A stretch of 24,000 bases of DNA from Pontiellaceae bacterium B1224. GTDB lineage: Bacteria; Verrucomicrobiota; Kiritimatiellia; Kiritimatiellales; Pontiellaceae. The notes beneath the pieces are model-generated. The model searched no databases. It was not told where the DNA came from and saw only the letters and a program-made list of their open reading frames with translations. Below, piece after piece: positions 1 to 8,041 of the stretch (within the stretch, counting starts at the first letter, position 1; each line of letters starts with the position of its first letter). The stretch is from assembly GCA_029432815.1 (NCBI GenBank), contig JAROBA010000002.1:161770-185769 (forward strand), written 5' to 3'. A program made the translations under genes and the position numbers.

Positions 1-1224
1 TACACAGGGGATCTCGTCAGGTGCCGGTTCGAAATCGTGGTTGTGGAACACCATCGATAATCCGGAAATGGAGGCGAGCCCTTTTCCGCTGGTTCCGGAG
101 GCAAGATAGATGCCCGACAGATCCACCGGCACGGTTCCGAGCGAGCTGATGCAGTCGAGACAGAGCTTTATACCGCGAGCCTCGCAAATCTCCTGATACA
201 TTTTTATGTCGTTCAGCACACCGGTTGAGGTTTCGCAGTGGGTTCCCCAAATCCATTCAATATCGGGATGCTCATGAAGCACTTTTTCAATCTCCGAACG
301 CTCGAAGGTCTGCCCTTCCGGAACTTCCAGAGTATGGAAAAAGAGTTTGGCCCCGTTGGCATTTTTCGTGAGCCGCCGACCAAATTCGCCGCTCACCAGA
401 ATCAGCCCTGTGGAGCACAGCAGAGAAAGCTGCCCCGCAACAGCATCGTTGGCCAGCGTTCCGGGGCCCATGAGAACCTGCACCTGCTGCGCACAGGCAA
501 GTTCGCAAAGTAGGTTGCGAACCCGCTGGAAATCTTTCAAAAATGCATGGGATCGATGCGAACAGGGCTTTTCGTTATAGACCTCCTGCACCTGCTTGGA
601 AAAGTCGACCGGGCCCGGGAGGAAATTGAACAGTATGGTATCGTCGTTGGCGAGCGCCGGCGTGTCTTTTGCGAAAGAACGCGACTTGCCCTGCAGATCT
701 CGATATCGCTCGATGGCGGCATACATGGGTTGATATTCGGCCCCTTCGCTGCCGACTAATGAACCGAACGGAGTGAAGCCGAGATACTTGTAGAGTTTGA
801 TCTGCCGTACCGTGGCCGAGATAACGAACAGCTCACAGCATTGATCATCCGCATATTCGGTGAGCAGTGCAATCAGCCCCTGCGAAATACGCGTATAGCG
901 GTACGTTTCCTCGACGGCCAGCAGCCGAATCTCGCAAATCTTTTTTACTTCAGGGAGATAGGAATCAAGATTTTCCACTTTGCTATCGAGAGAGAACGGG
1001 CGTTGATCGCGATAGGCAATCATACCTGCGAGCTCTTTGCGCTCTTCGTTCACACAGATGATATATGTATTCTGATTGTGGAACTTATCAACCAGCTTTT
1101 TTTCCTGATTCATCGAATGCTGTGGAATTTCTTCCACAAACGTTTTGTAGTTCAAAGCGTGGATTGCATCAAATTCCCACTCCTGATCAGCCACTTTAAA
1201 GGTAAAACTGTCGAGCAAACCCAT
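1..1224 (-). CDS. Partial CDS (first 408 codons; C-terminus lies beyond the left window edge): GNAT-type N-acyltransferase domain fused to a class-V (AGXT/PhnW-like) PLP aminotransferase domain
   Basis: Absent from the ORF track because no stop falls inside the window. Reading 1..1224 as triplets from position 1, I found no tta/cta/tca (minus-strand stops). ATG = cat at 1222-1224, with GGAGG (cctcc 1230-1234) 5 nt upstream. Translation starts MGLLDSFTFKVADQEWEFDAIHALNYKTFVEEIPQH. Residues ~1-190 show a GNAT / N-acyl-amino-acid-synthase-like pattern (KFHNQNTYIICVNEERKELAGMIAYR; RQIKLYKYLGFTPFG). From ~195, LFNFLPGPVDFSKQVQEVYNEKPCSHRSHAF...GPGTLANDAV...THCETSTGVLND...SGKGL looks like a class-V aminotransferase. 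Confidence 0.75.
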   Translation of the reverse strand, partial: MGLLDSFTFKVADQEWEFDAIHALNYKTFVEEIPQHSMNQEKKLVDKFHNQNTYIICVNEERKELAGMIAYRDQRPFSLDSKVENLDSYLPEVKKICEIRLLAVEETYRYTRISQGLIALLTEYADDQCCELFVISATVRQIKLYKYLGFTPFGSLVGSEGAEYQPMYAAIERYRDLQGKSRSFAKDTPALANDDTILFNFLPGPVDFSKQVQEVYNEKPCSHRSHAFLKDFQRVRNLLCELACAQQVQVLMGPGTLANDAVAGQLSLLCSTGLILVSGEFGRRLTKNANGAKLFFHTLEVPEGQTFERSEIEKVLHEHPDIEWIWGTHCETSTGVLNDIKMYQEICEARGIKLCLDCISSLGTVPVDLSGIYLASGTSGKGLASISGLSMVFHNHDFEPAPDEIPCV

Positions 1225-1815
1225 TTAAGCCTCCTTCTGAGGTGAAACCTCGGCAAACGCTTTTCGGATTCGTTCGCGATGAGCAAATAGAATTATAACG
1301 GAAGAGCCGGCAAGTGCCGCAACGGTGTGACCCGGAAGATGCATCGCATAGGCCACTAATGGAAGCAGGAGAAATGCGGCCAGGCCGCTAAGGATAAAAC
1401 CGCGCCGGAAAACCATCAGGAGCAGTGTAATCCCCAACAGCAGCAACGCAAGTTGCGGATCATAGGCGATGTACGCTCCAATGGCAGTGGCAATACCCCG
1501 CCCTCCGCGGAACTGGAGCGGAAGCGGCCAGATGTGGCCCATAATGACAGCCACGAGAACAAGTGAAACCGCGAACTCTGAAATTTTGAATTGTCGGGCC
1601 AGAAGAATAGCGAGTAACCCTTTCAGCGCGTCACCGAACAACGTGACGATGAATCCGGGCTTCCCCAGCACACGACCCACATTCCGGGCCCCGACTCCAC
1701 CACTGCCGGAATCGCGAATATCCTGGCCGGTTTTGAATCGAACGAGATAGTACCCCGTGCAAATCCCCCCCAGTAGATAGGCCAGTATGATGTAAATGAT
1801 GTCCTTGCCCGTCAT
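1225..1815 (-). CDS. plsY: Glycerol-3-phosphate acyltransferase PlsY (acyl-phosphate dependent)
   Basis: 196-aa polytopic membrane protein. It has PlsY-type motifs GSGGVGARNVGRVLG (the GSGN.GATN loop) and HIWPLPLQFRGGRGIATAIG (the F.GGKGVAT motif). Its TAA stop (1225-1227) is immediately followed, in the same frame, by the ATG of the next gene. Confidence 0.85.
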   Translation of the reverse strand: MTGKDIIYIILAYLLGGICTGYYLVRFKTGQDIRDSGSGGVGARNVGRVLGKPGFIVTLFGDALKGLLAILLARQFKISEFAVSLVLVAVIMGHIWPLPLQFRGGRGIATAIGAYIAYDPQLALLLLGITLLLMVFRRGFILSGLAAFLLLPLVAYAMHLPGHTVAALAGSSVIILFAHRERIRKAFAEVSPQKEA

Positions 1816-1847
1816 CGAACACTCCCCAGTATTGGCATAGTGTTAGC

Positions 1848-1875
1848 AGATTAGCAGGATGCGAATGTTTTTCAA
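1848..1875 (-). promoter_or_regulatory. Possible sigma-70-type promoter for plsY (TTGAAA-N16-TAATCT on the minus strand)
   Basis: tttcaa at 1870-1875 is the reverse complement of TTGAAA, and agatta at 1848-1853 is the reverse complement of TAATCT, with a 16-nt spacer. It lies in the 111-nt gap between the flavoprotein stop (1927) and the plsY start (1815). The only support is the hexamer match. Confidence 0.3.
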
Positions 1876-1926
1876 CTTCAATTGCGTCCCTTGGAAAATG
1901 GACAAACTGTTCCGAAGGTCGTGGAA

Positions 1927-3543
1927 TCAGGAAAGGTTGTATCGGCCGGGCGCGATGATGTTGTTTGGATCGAGCACTTTCTTCAGATTTCGAATGGTAT
2001 GCCAGTAGGGATCGTCGCCTTTCACAACATGATGCATGGAGTTGATTCCAACCCGATAGGGGGGATAGCCCTGCTCCATATAGCGTGCTTCCATTTCCTG
2101 AATACATGCTTTAGCTCGTTCAGCCTGCTCCGCATTGCGGCGGTCGAACGCCAGGCTCACAACCCCTTCCATCGCCTTGGTATCCATCAGGTTAACCGTT
2201 ATGGCCGCTTCGAATCCATGTTTTGCAAAGGTGTCGCGGGTGTCGGTGACAACTTCGAGCACCGTTTTTCCAAAGGCTGGAATAATCGGAAGGCAGAACA
2301 TGACGCCGCTGTCGGACTGATCCGGGTCCAGTTCTTCCAACCGTTGGAAATCACCGGCGGCCCAATAGACCGCTTTTAATGATTTGTCGGTGGCGTGGCC
2401 GCGGGTAAAGCCATAAACCGGTTCCACGGCTTTCAGCATCATCAGCTGGATGCGCATGGCCGGCATAAATGACAGGTTGCTCAACACCGCTTTAGCCTGA
2501 GCCACTAAACCGTCGTTCAGAAACATGGTTTTGGCAAATCCGGATACCGCGCGCCGGATTTCCTTTTTTGCTATGCGAAGCTGGGCCTTAGTGCCGAGTA
2601 CTCCAATGGCTGCACTCCAGGGGCCAAACCCACCGTCTTCCAACATTTGCACAGCTTTATCACGCGTTGCTTCGCCTTCGGCATCTCCATGCGCGATGAG
2701 CTGTTCGTAAATCAAGGGAGCGAGCGTTATGTAGGAACGCTCTCTATTGCCGACATGCGCGATGGTTGTGAATATTCCGCGCGTTCGAAGCGAGACCAGT
2801 GCATTAATCAGCACAGGCAGTTTCTCTTCGGAATCAATTTTTACGATGGCTGCCATGTGCTCTTCAGGCTTGGGCATTAAATCAATGCACGCCGAGGTTA
2901 CGATGCCAAAATTTCCCTGAGGAAACAGACCATCGAGAGAAGGGCCAACCCCGTGCGAATATAGATTCTTCGTCTGCGCATTCTCATAATGCCCGAATCC
3001 GGTCCGAATACTTTCACCGTTCCCGAGAACAACCTCTATATTCGACATTCCGTGCGCGCGGGAATCGAAGTAGCCGACACCCCGATCCATTGCATTTCCG
3101 ATCAGACTGGTGTCAGACGTTGATCCGGTTACGTTCAGCATCAGCGAAAGTTTCTTATCCGTAATGTAATCGAGCAGCTGGCGCTGGGTCACTCCGGGCT
3201 CCAGAACAACATAATGAAACTGCTCGCTGATTTCGATGATCCGGTTCATGCCGGAAAGGTCGACAATGGCCGCACCATCTTTAACCGGAAGCTTGGAACC
3301 CATGCCCCACTGCTTTCCACAACTAATGGGATAGAGCGGAGTTTTATACTCATTCGCCACAACAACAAGCTGTTGAACCTGTTCGTGGCTGGTGGGCTTC
3401 AGCACCGCAATGACATCGCGTCGGGAAGCACAGACGCTTTTTGTGTAATTTTCCAAGGCTTGGAAATTATCAATAACGGCATGTGTGCCGAGCACCTGTT
3501 TCCAGGCTTCGATAACTTCAAATGAAGCTGAAATATCAGACAT
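1927..3543 (-). CDS. FAD-binding oxidoreductase of the VAO/PCMH (vanillyl-alcohol oxidase / p-cresol methylhydroxylase) family
   Basis: 538 aa. The N-terminal FAD_binding_4-like region reads LKPTSHEQVQQLVVVANEYKTPLYPISCGKQWGMGS...VLEPGVTQRQL. The motifs GNAMDRGVGY, GPSLDGLFPQGNFGIVT, LMPKP, a PYRVG (Tyr-Arg) pair and the C-terminal LDPNNIIAPGRY resemble, from memory, the PchF/VAO subgroup more than GlcD-type oxidases. Confidence 0.8.
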   Translation of the reverse strand: MSDISASFEVIEAWKQVLGTHAVIDNFQALENYTKSVCASRRDVIAVLKPTSHEQVQQLVVVANEYKTPLYPISCGKQWGMGSKLPVKDGAAIVDLSGMNRIIEISEQFHYVVLEPGVTQRQLLDYITDKKLSLMLNVTGSTSDTSLIGNAMDRGVGYFDSRAHGMSNIEVVLGNGESIRTGFGHYENAQTKNLYSHGVGPSLDGLFPQGNFGIVTSACIDLMPKPEEHMAAIVKIDSEEKLPVLINALVSLRTRGIFTTIAHVGNRERSYITLAPLIYEQLIAHGDAEGEATRDKAVQMLEDGGFGPWSAAIGVLGTKAQLRIAKKEIRRAVSGFAKTMFLNDGLVAQAKAVLSNLSFMPAMRIQLMMLKAVEPVYGFTRGHATDKSLKAVYWAAGDFQRLEELDPDQSDSGVMFCLPIIPAFGKTVLEVVTDTRDTFAKHGFEAAITVNLMDTKAMEGVVSLAFDRRNAEQAERAKACIQEMEARYMEQGYPPYRVGINSMHHVVKGDDPYWHTIRNLKKVLDPNNIIAPGRYNLS

Positions 3544-3553
3544 TGCTCAGGAG

Positions 3554-4744
3554 TCAGGCCTGAACTAACGATTCAGGACTTGAAAAATAGCCAAGTGCCG
3601 TATGTGCTTGAGGAACACGAACTGAAACCACACTGCCATCTCCCACCCGGCTGGAGAACTGCATCGAACCGCGATGCTCTTCAATCACCTTTTTGGTAAT
3701 GAAGAGGCCGAGACCAGCCCCTTTTTCAATGGTTGCGGTATTGTCGAACGGCTCAAATATCCAGCGTAATGTCGCCGTATCCACTCCGCATCCGTTATCC
3801 TTCACTTTTATATCGATATCGTTCTGGGACAGGGAAAACAGTACGGTGATTACCGGGGAAGAGTGATTGTCTACGGCCGTTACCGCATTATCGATGAGGT
3901 TTTGGATGGCCCGCTTTACCTGAAGGCGTTCACCGAGCATTTCATACTGATCTTCGATCCCGTCGACCTGAACCGAGAAGGAAATATCTGAATGAGCGGC
4001 GGCATCGCGGAAACAATCATTTACAAGCTTTGGAAGACTCAGACGCTGCATCTGGGAAAAATCGAACCGCCCCAGGGCCCGCCAGGATTCGACCAGTTCT
4101 GCACAGCGTTCTACGTTACGCTCGATCTGGTCAAGATATTCACTCATTTCATCCGAGGTGGATTCCTGCTTTTCCTTCAGCTCATAATTAAGCAGATCAA
4201 GATAACCGCGAATGATGGTGAGCGGATTGCGCAGATCGCGAACCAGTTCCGATGAGGCAGCTCCCAACGATGTGAGCTTGTTGGTTTTTCCAACTTCACG
4301 ACTCAATGACTGCGTCATTTTGTTCAGCTCTTCCTGGGCCTGTTTCTTTCGGGAATGCAACCGGGTACGGTCAACATATTTTTTAACAACTGCTTGAATT
4401 TCATCGGTATCAAAGGGTTTTTGAAGATAATCGTTTGCTCCGAAACGGATCGCCTGCTGTGCCGTTTCCAGATCGCCATATCCCGTGAGCATAATAATGG
4501 AGACATTGTTATTAATTTCGCGGATCTCCTGAAGCCCCTCAATGCCGCTCTTTTCCGGCATGCGGATATCCATTATAACCAAATCAGGATCGCTGTCGCG
4601 GAGAAGCTCGATTCCGGCATCAACACGGTCTGCCAGAATCATATCGTAGTCATATTTGAGTACCATGCGCAGACTTTCACGTGGCCCGCGCTCATCATCG
4701 ATGACCAATACCGTACCGAGCTTTTGCTTTGCATCCGCGATCAT
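3554..4744 (-). CDS. Receiver domain fused to a histidine-kinase-like DHp + HATPase_c core that lacks the canonical H-box histidine
   Basis: 396 aa. The REC domain is canonical (VLVIDDE, DLVIMDIRMP, IIMLTG, YLQKPF). The DHp box reads SSELVRDLRNPLTIIRGY, with Arg169 (codon 4238-4240) where His is expected. The ATP-lid motifs are intact: N box QNLIDNAVTA, G1 VKDNGCGV, F IFEPF, G2 GAGLGL. Confidence 0.85.
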   Translation of the reverse strand: MIADAKQKLGTVLVIDDERGPRESLRMVLKYDYDMILADRVDAGIELLRDSDPDLVIMDIRMPEKSGIEGLQEIREINNNVSIIMLTGYGDLETAQQAIRFGANDYLQKPFDTDEIQAVVKKYVDRTRLHSRKKQAQEELNKMTQSLSREVGKTNKLTSLGAASSELVRDLRNPLTIIRGYLDLLNYELKEKQESTSDEMSEYLDQIERNVERCAELVESWRALGRFDFSQMQRLSLPKLVNDCFRDAAAHSDISFSVQVDGIEDQYEMLGERLQVKRAIQNLIDNAVTAVDNHSSPVITVLFSLSQNDIDIKVKDNGCGVDTATLRWIFEPFDNTATIEKGAGLGLFITKKVIEEHRGSMQFSSRVGDGSVVSVRVPQAHTALGYFSSPESLVQA

Positions 4745-4756
4745 ACCTACTACCCC

Positions 4757-5956
4757 TTAAAATGAAACCGAGTATGTCATACCTATGAGGTTGGAAGCAA
4801 TATCATAAGTACCCGGATATACAGGGTTGGTACTGGATCGATCTGCGTAGACAGTATGGGAATATGAAAGATCCACTGTGTGGCCCCCAAACGTATACCC
4901 CAGCCCCAAACCGAAGATATTCCGGTCAGTATCGGGCAGAATCGGTGTGATGGAGGAATCGGGGATCGGGCTTTCAATAAACGAATATCCTGCACGAACA
5001 ACCCACCCTTCTGCAAATTGCCAGCTTCCGCCAATTGCCGCCGTAATGGTATCCTCCCAATTATTGACGAGCTCAAAAGTTCCCAAGCCAGTGACCGTCG
5101 CTGTCTGCACATCATTGACCGACCACTCGATCCATTCAATAAGCGCCTCCACCTGAATGTCATCGGTCAGCTGAATGCCATAGCCAGCTCCGAAAATATT
5201 CGGGAAACTGATATCCATTGTCAGGTCACCTTCATATTCAAGATCCACCTGGCTACGATAAGTCAGAGCCAGACGCTGATTATCGGTCACCATCCAAGTC
5301 AGCGCAGCGTTTCCTCCGATGCCCCAGCCGTCACCATCCGCATCGACGTCAACATAGGGGGGAGCGGGGTTAGGAGCCCCTGTGGCCACCAATCCCTTAA
5401 ACCCCAGCTGTGAATAGTAAACGTCCAGGCCAGCTGCCAGAGAGACTGAATCTCCAAGTTTGACCGCTACGGTTGGATTAAAATTGATCACTACCATTTC
5501 GGCATCATATAGAATTGCTGTACCTGCGGGAGGCAGCGGCGCAGGGGGAAAAGGCGCCAACGAAGCGGGATCCCAGGAAACGCCTTGACCATAAGGCGTA
5601 GTGATACCCAAACCCCAGACGATACCTTCCGCGGCGGGCATTGAGTAGTAAAGGTTGGGAAGAACGGCCCATGGATCATCGGAAACGACCTCCCCTGCCT
5701 GCGGATGCGTATAAGTATTTTCCGCTCGCGCAAAAGCAACAGCCACCACAGCGGAAGCATTCGTCTGTAATGCGAGGTTGGCCGGGTTATACGAGATGGC
5801 AGACGCATCGTCGACGAAGATCATGTTGGCCCCGGACTTTGCGATACCCTCCGCAGTCGGCGCCGGATTCCGATAACCATCTGCATGTGCACCACATAAA
5901 GATGCACCAACTATTAGAAAGGTTAAGGTGTTTAACTTTGATTTACTGTATTTCAT
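4757..5956 (-). CDS. FadL/TodX (OMPP1) family outer-membrane channel for hydrophobic compounds
   Basis: 399 aa. The signal peptide MKYSKSKLNTLTFLIVGASLCGAHA is followed by the family-typical N-terminus (GANMIFVDDASAISYNPANLA). The sequence is Gly/aromatic-rich with an alternating beta-strand pattern and ends in a C-terminal Phe (GMTYSVSF). Its stop is 12 nt upstream of the next gene's start. Confidence 0.8.
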   Translation of the reverse strand: MKYSKSKLNTLTFLIVGASLCGAHADGYRNPAPTAEGIAKSGANMIFVDDASAISYNPANLALQTNASAVVAVAFARAENTYTHPQAGEVVSDDPWAVLPNLYYSMPAAEGIVWGLGITTPYGQGVSWDPASLAPFPPAPLPPAGTAILYDAEMVVINFNPTVAVKLGDSVSLAAGLDVYYSQLGFKGLVATGAPNPAPPYVDVDADGDGWGIGGNAALTWMVTDNQRLALTYRSQVDLEYEGDLTMDISFPNIFGAGYGIQLTDDIQVEALIEWIEWSVNDVQTATVTGLGTFELVNNWEDTITAAIGGSWQFAEGWVVRAGYSFIESPIPDSSITPILPDTDRNIFGLGLGYTFGGHTVDLSYSHTVYADRSSTNPVYPGTYDIASNLIGMTYSVSF

Positions 5957-6003
5957 TTATATGTACCCCGCTCAAGAAACCTATTTAAATTTGCCGCGTA
6001 TAT

Positions 6004-6019
6004 TGCAGAATACATGCCA
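6004..6019 (-). promoter_or_regulatory. Sigma-54 (RpoN) -24/-12 promoter directed toward the FadL-family gene
   Basis: The minus strand reads TGGCATGTATTCTGCA, against the consensus TGGCACG-N4-TTGCA. It has the exact GG-N10-GC spacing and resembles nifH-type promoters. The -12 GC lies about 50 nt upstream of the ATG at 5956. Confidence 0.5.
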
Positions 6020-6033
6020 TATGTCACAGATTT

Positions 6034-6045
6034 ATTACGCGTAAT
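6034..6045. promoter_or_regulatory. Perfect 12-bp palindrome ATTACGCGTAAT immediately upstream of the sigma-54 -24 element
   Basis: ATTACGCGTAAT is its own reverse complement. It lies 15 nt from the -24 GG, inside the 385-nt divergent intergenic region. Confidence 0.3.
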
Positions 6046-6341
6046 TGGCGCCAAGCTGCATAACCACAACTTACGAATCCGATACGAACTTCTGCTGCCA
6101 AAGAAACACGGTCCGAATATCTCCATCACGTCGAATAAAATACGCCCTATGGAACTGCCCGGCATAGCTTCAGCATTCTTTGGCCAAAGAAAACTCCTGA
6201 TTTCTTCTGCCGCAAGACAAGGGTGCCAATCTTGACATACCCCTGATTATTCCCTAGTACATTGCCGATGAAAATACATCCGACAACGAGTTCTCTACGT
6301 CTGCGATCTGATATAACGATGCATACCTCCTCTCCCCTCCC

Positions 6342-7811
6342 ATGAGCCAAAGAATGAAAGCTCTGATGGTATACCCCAACCGCTACCGGCCGCATGTAAT
6401 GCCCGTGGGTATAGAATACGTATGCAACTCCCTGCTCCACGCCGGAATTCCATTCGAAGTTGCCGACCTTAACTTTGAGTCTGTAGAAGATGTCTGCAGC
6501 CGGATCATCCAGAATAAGCCGGATTTAGTCGGAATCAGCATACGCAACGTCGATGCCTGCTACCTCCGCCAGAACGAGTTTTTCATCCCGCAAATCCGGG
6601 ATCTTGTGCATCGTATCAAATCGGTCCACTCCTGCCGCGTTGTTCTAGGTGGAGCGGGCTATTCGCTGTTTCCCAGCGAGATTCTGGAGTACACCGGTGC
6701 TGACTTTGGCGTTGCAGGCTTCGGAGAAAAAGCTTTGCCTGAATTGATTTCAGCGCTTGAAGGCGGAAAAGATCTTGCGGGCGTGAACAATCTTGTCTGG
6801 CGCAACGACCAAACGGTCGTCCTCAATCCGCGCAGCAAACTTGGTTATGAAGAGCTGCCCCCCCGCCGGCGAAACATTATGCGCAATCGCGACTATTATC
6901 GTGCCTATGGATTCGGAAACATCGAAGCCCGGCGAGGCTGTCATAAACCTTGCGGATATTGCGCCGAGCCTGAAATTGTCGGAAGAGATGTGCTCACACG
7001 AAGTATCGACCATGTACTGGCCGAGCTCCGCGAACTACGCGAGATGGGCATGTCATTCGTCCATTTTTCCGACAGCGAATTCAATGTTGGCTCCCCAAGA
7101 TTCACCCGCGAACTCTGCAAAGCAATGATTCGCGAAAATCTGGGCCTTCGGTGGAGTGCGTTCATTCATCCTGATCCGCGCTCGCTCTCCCCGGAAATCT
7201 GCAAATTAATGCGGGAAGCAGGATGTGCAGAAGTCGGGCTCTCCGTGGATTCCGGTTCGGATAAAATACTTGCCGGAATGGGTAAACAACATACGGTTGA
7301 TGACTCGGTTGAAGTTAGCCAATGGTTTAAGCAGGCGGGGATCTCGGTTGCACATACCTATCTATTCGGCTGGCCCGGGGAATCCTTGGACACGCTGGCC
7401 GAGACCGTTAACTTCATGCGGCGCACAGAACCCGATTTTAAACTTATTTTTGCAGGAATACGCATTCTCCCCGGCACGCGTATTGCGGACGTGGCATTGC
7501 AACAAGGCCTCGTGCCTGAAGATGCCGACCTTCTTGTACCTGTTTTCGCAAACCCGGAGCAGGTACTGAGCGAGTTTCTCCCCTACCTACGCCGAGAAAC
7601 ACGCGGAATTGAAAATTGCATACTCCCATCAAAGGGCGTGGATTTTTCAAATCTGGTGATGCAGGCAGCTTACCTGCGGGGATACGAGGGAGGCTATGCT
7701 GATTTCATGGACCATATCACCTCTCTCCCCCTTCGTGAAAAAGTTGCAATCGGCTGGGATGCTGCGCAGCGCTTTCTGCTTAAGAAGCAGTTTATCCCTT
7801 CTGCACGCTGA
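6342..7811 (+). CDS. B12-binding-domain radical SAM enzyme (class B rSAM)
   Basis: 489 aa. The N-terminus is Rossmann-like and resembles a B12-binding domain (MKALMVYPNRYRPHVMPVGIEYVCNSLL...KPDLVGISIR). The radical-SAM cluster motif is CHKPCGYC (CX3CX2C) in EARRGCHKPCGYCAEP. An alternative start is the ATG at 6354. No obvious Shine-Dalgarno sequence. Confidence 0.85.
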   Translation: MSQRMKALMVYPNRYRPHVMPVGIEYVCNSLLHAGIPFEVADLNFESVEDVCSRIIQNKPDLVGISIRNVDACYLRQNEFFIPQIRDLVHRIKSVHSCRVVLGGAGYSLFPSEILEYTGADFGVAGFGEKALPELISALEGGKDLAGVNNLVWRNDQTVVLNPRSKLGYEELPPRRRNIMRNRDYYRAYGFGNIEARRGCHKPCGYCAEPEIVGRDVLTRSIDHVLAELRELREMGMSFVHFSDSEFNVGSPRFTRELCKAMIRENLGLRWSAFIHPDPRSLSPEICKLMREAGCAEVGLSVDSGSDKILAGMGKQHTVDDSVEVSQWFKQAGISVAHTYLFGWPGESLDTLAETVNFMRRTEPDFKLIFAGIRILPGTRIADVALQQGLVPEDADLLVPVFANPEQVLSEFLPYLRRETRGIENCILPSKGVDFSNLVMQAAYLRGYEGGYADFMDHITSLPLREKVAIGWDAAQRFLLKKQFIPSAR

Positions 7812-8041
7812 CGCAATCTTCCATAAAGTTTGAGCACCCTTTCGCGTACTGACTTTTAGGGTATCCATGGCAATCCATCGCCAGGAAACGTTGTTCCACA
7901 GCTTCTCTATCTGCAGGAATTCATGCCGCGACAAGCAATTGAATTATCCAATCCAGGATCAGATAGCGAGGATTCTACCGGATAAGATTATACCCACAGG
8001 TTGTGCATTAATTCTTGATATATACAATATATTGATATTTA

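Noticed and set aside
25-40. tRNA T-loop-like string GGTTCGAAATC
   Set aside because: It has no flanking acceptor or anticodon stems and lies inside the well-supported partial CDS.
17-1245. Short track ORFs at the left end (17..256 -, 238..513 +, 287..508 -, 347..580 +, 537..722 -, 547..759 +, 841..1245 +, 867..1061 +)
   Set aside because: All lie inside the uninterrupted 408-codon minus-strand frame (1..1224), which has clear GNAT and aminotransferase motifs and a GGAGG-ATG start. They are off-frame or antisense shadows with no recognisable motifs.
6212-6229. Second sigma-54-like sequence on the minus strand (TTGGCACCCTTGTCTTGC)
   Set aside because: The TGGCAC match is good, but the GC of TTGC is 2 nt too far away (GG-N12-GC instead of GG-N10-GC). 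Sigma-54 spacing is strict. It also lies about 260 nt upstream of the FadL-family ATG.
5957-6341. Cobalamin riboswitch upstream of the B12-dependent radical SAM gene
   Set aside because: I looked for the B12-box-type core (GCCACTG-like, conserved GGGAA / GGTG elements) and did not find it by eye. A covariance-model scan (Rfam cobalamin) would settle this.
5953-6440. Small ORFs in the divergent intergenic region (5953..6165 -, 6014..6235 +, 6147..6440 -)
   Set aside because: They have no RBS, no recognisable motif and odd composition, and they overlap each other and the promoter region. More likely this is non-coding regulatory DNA.
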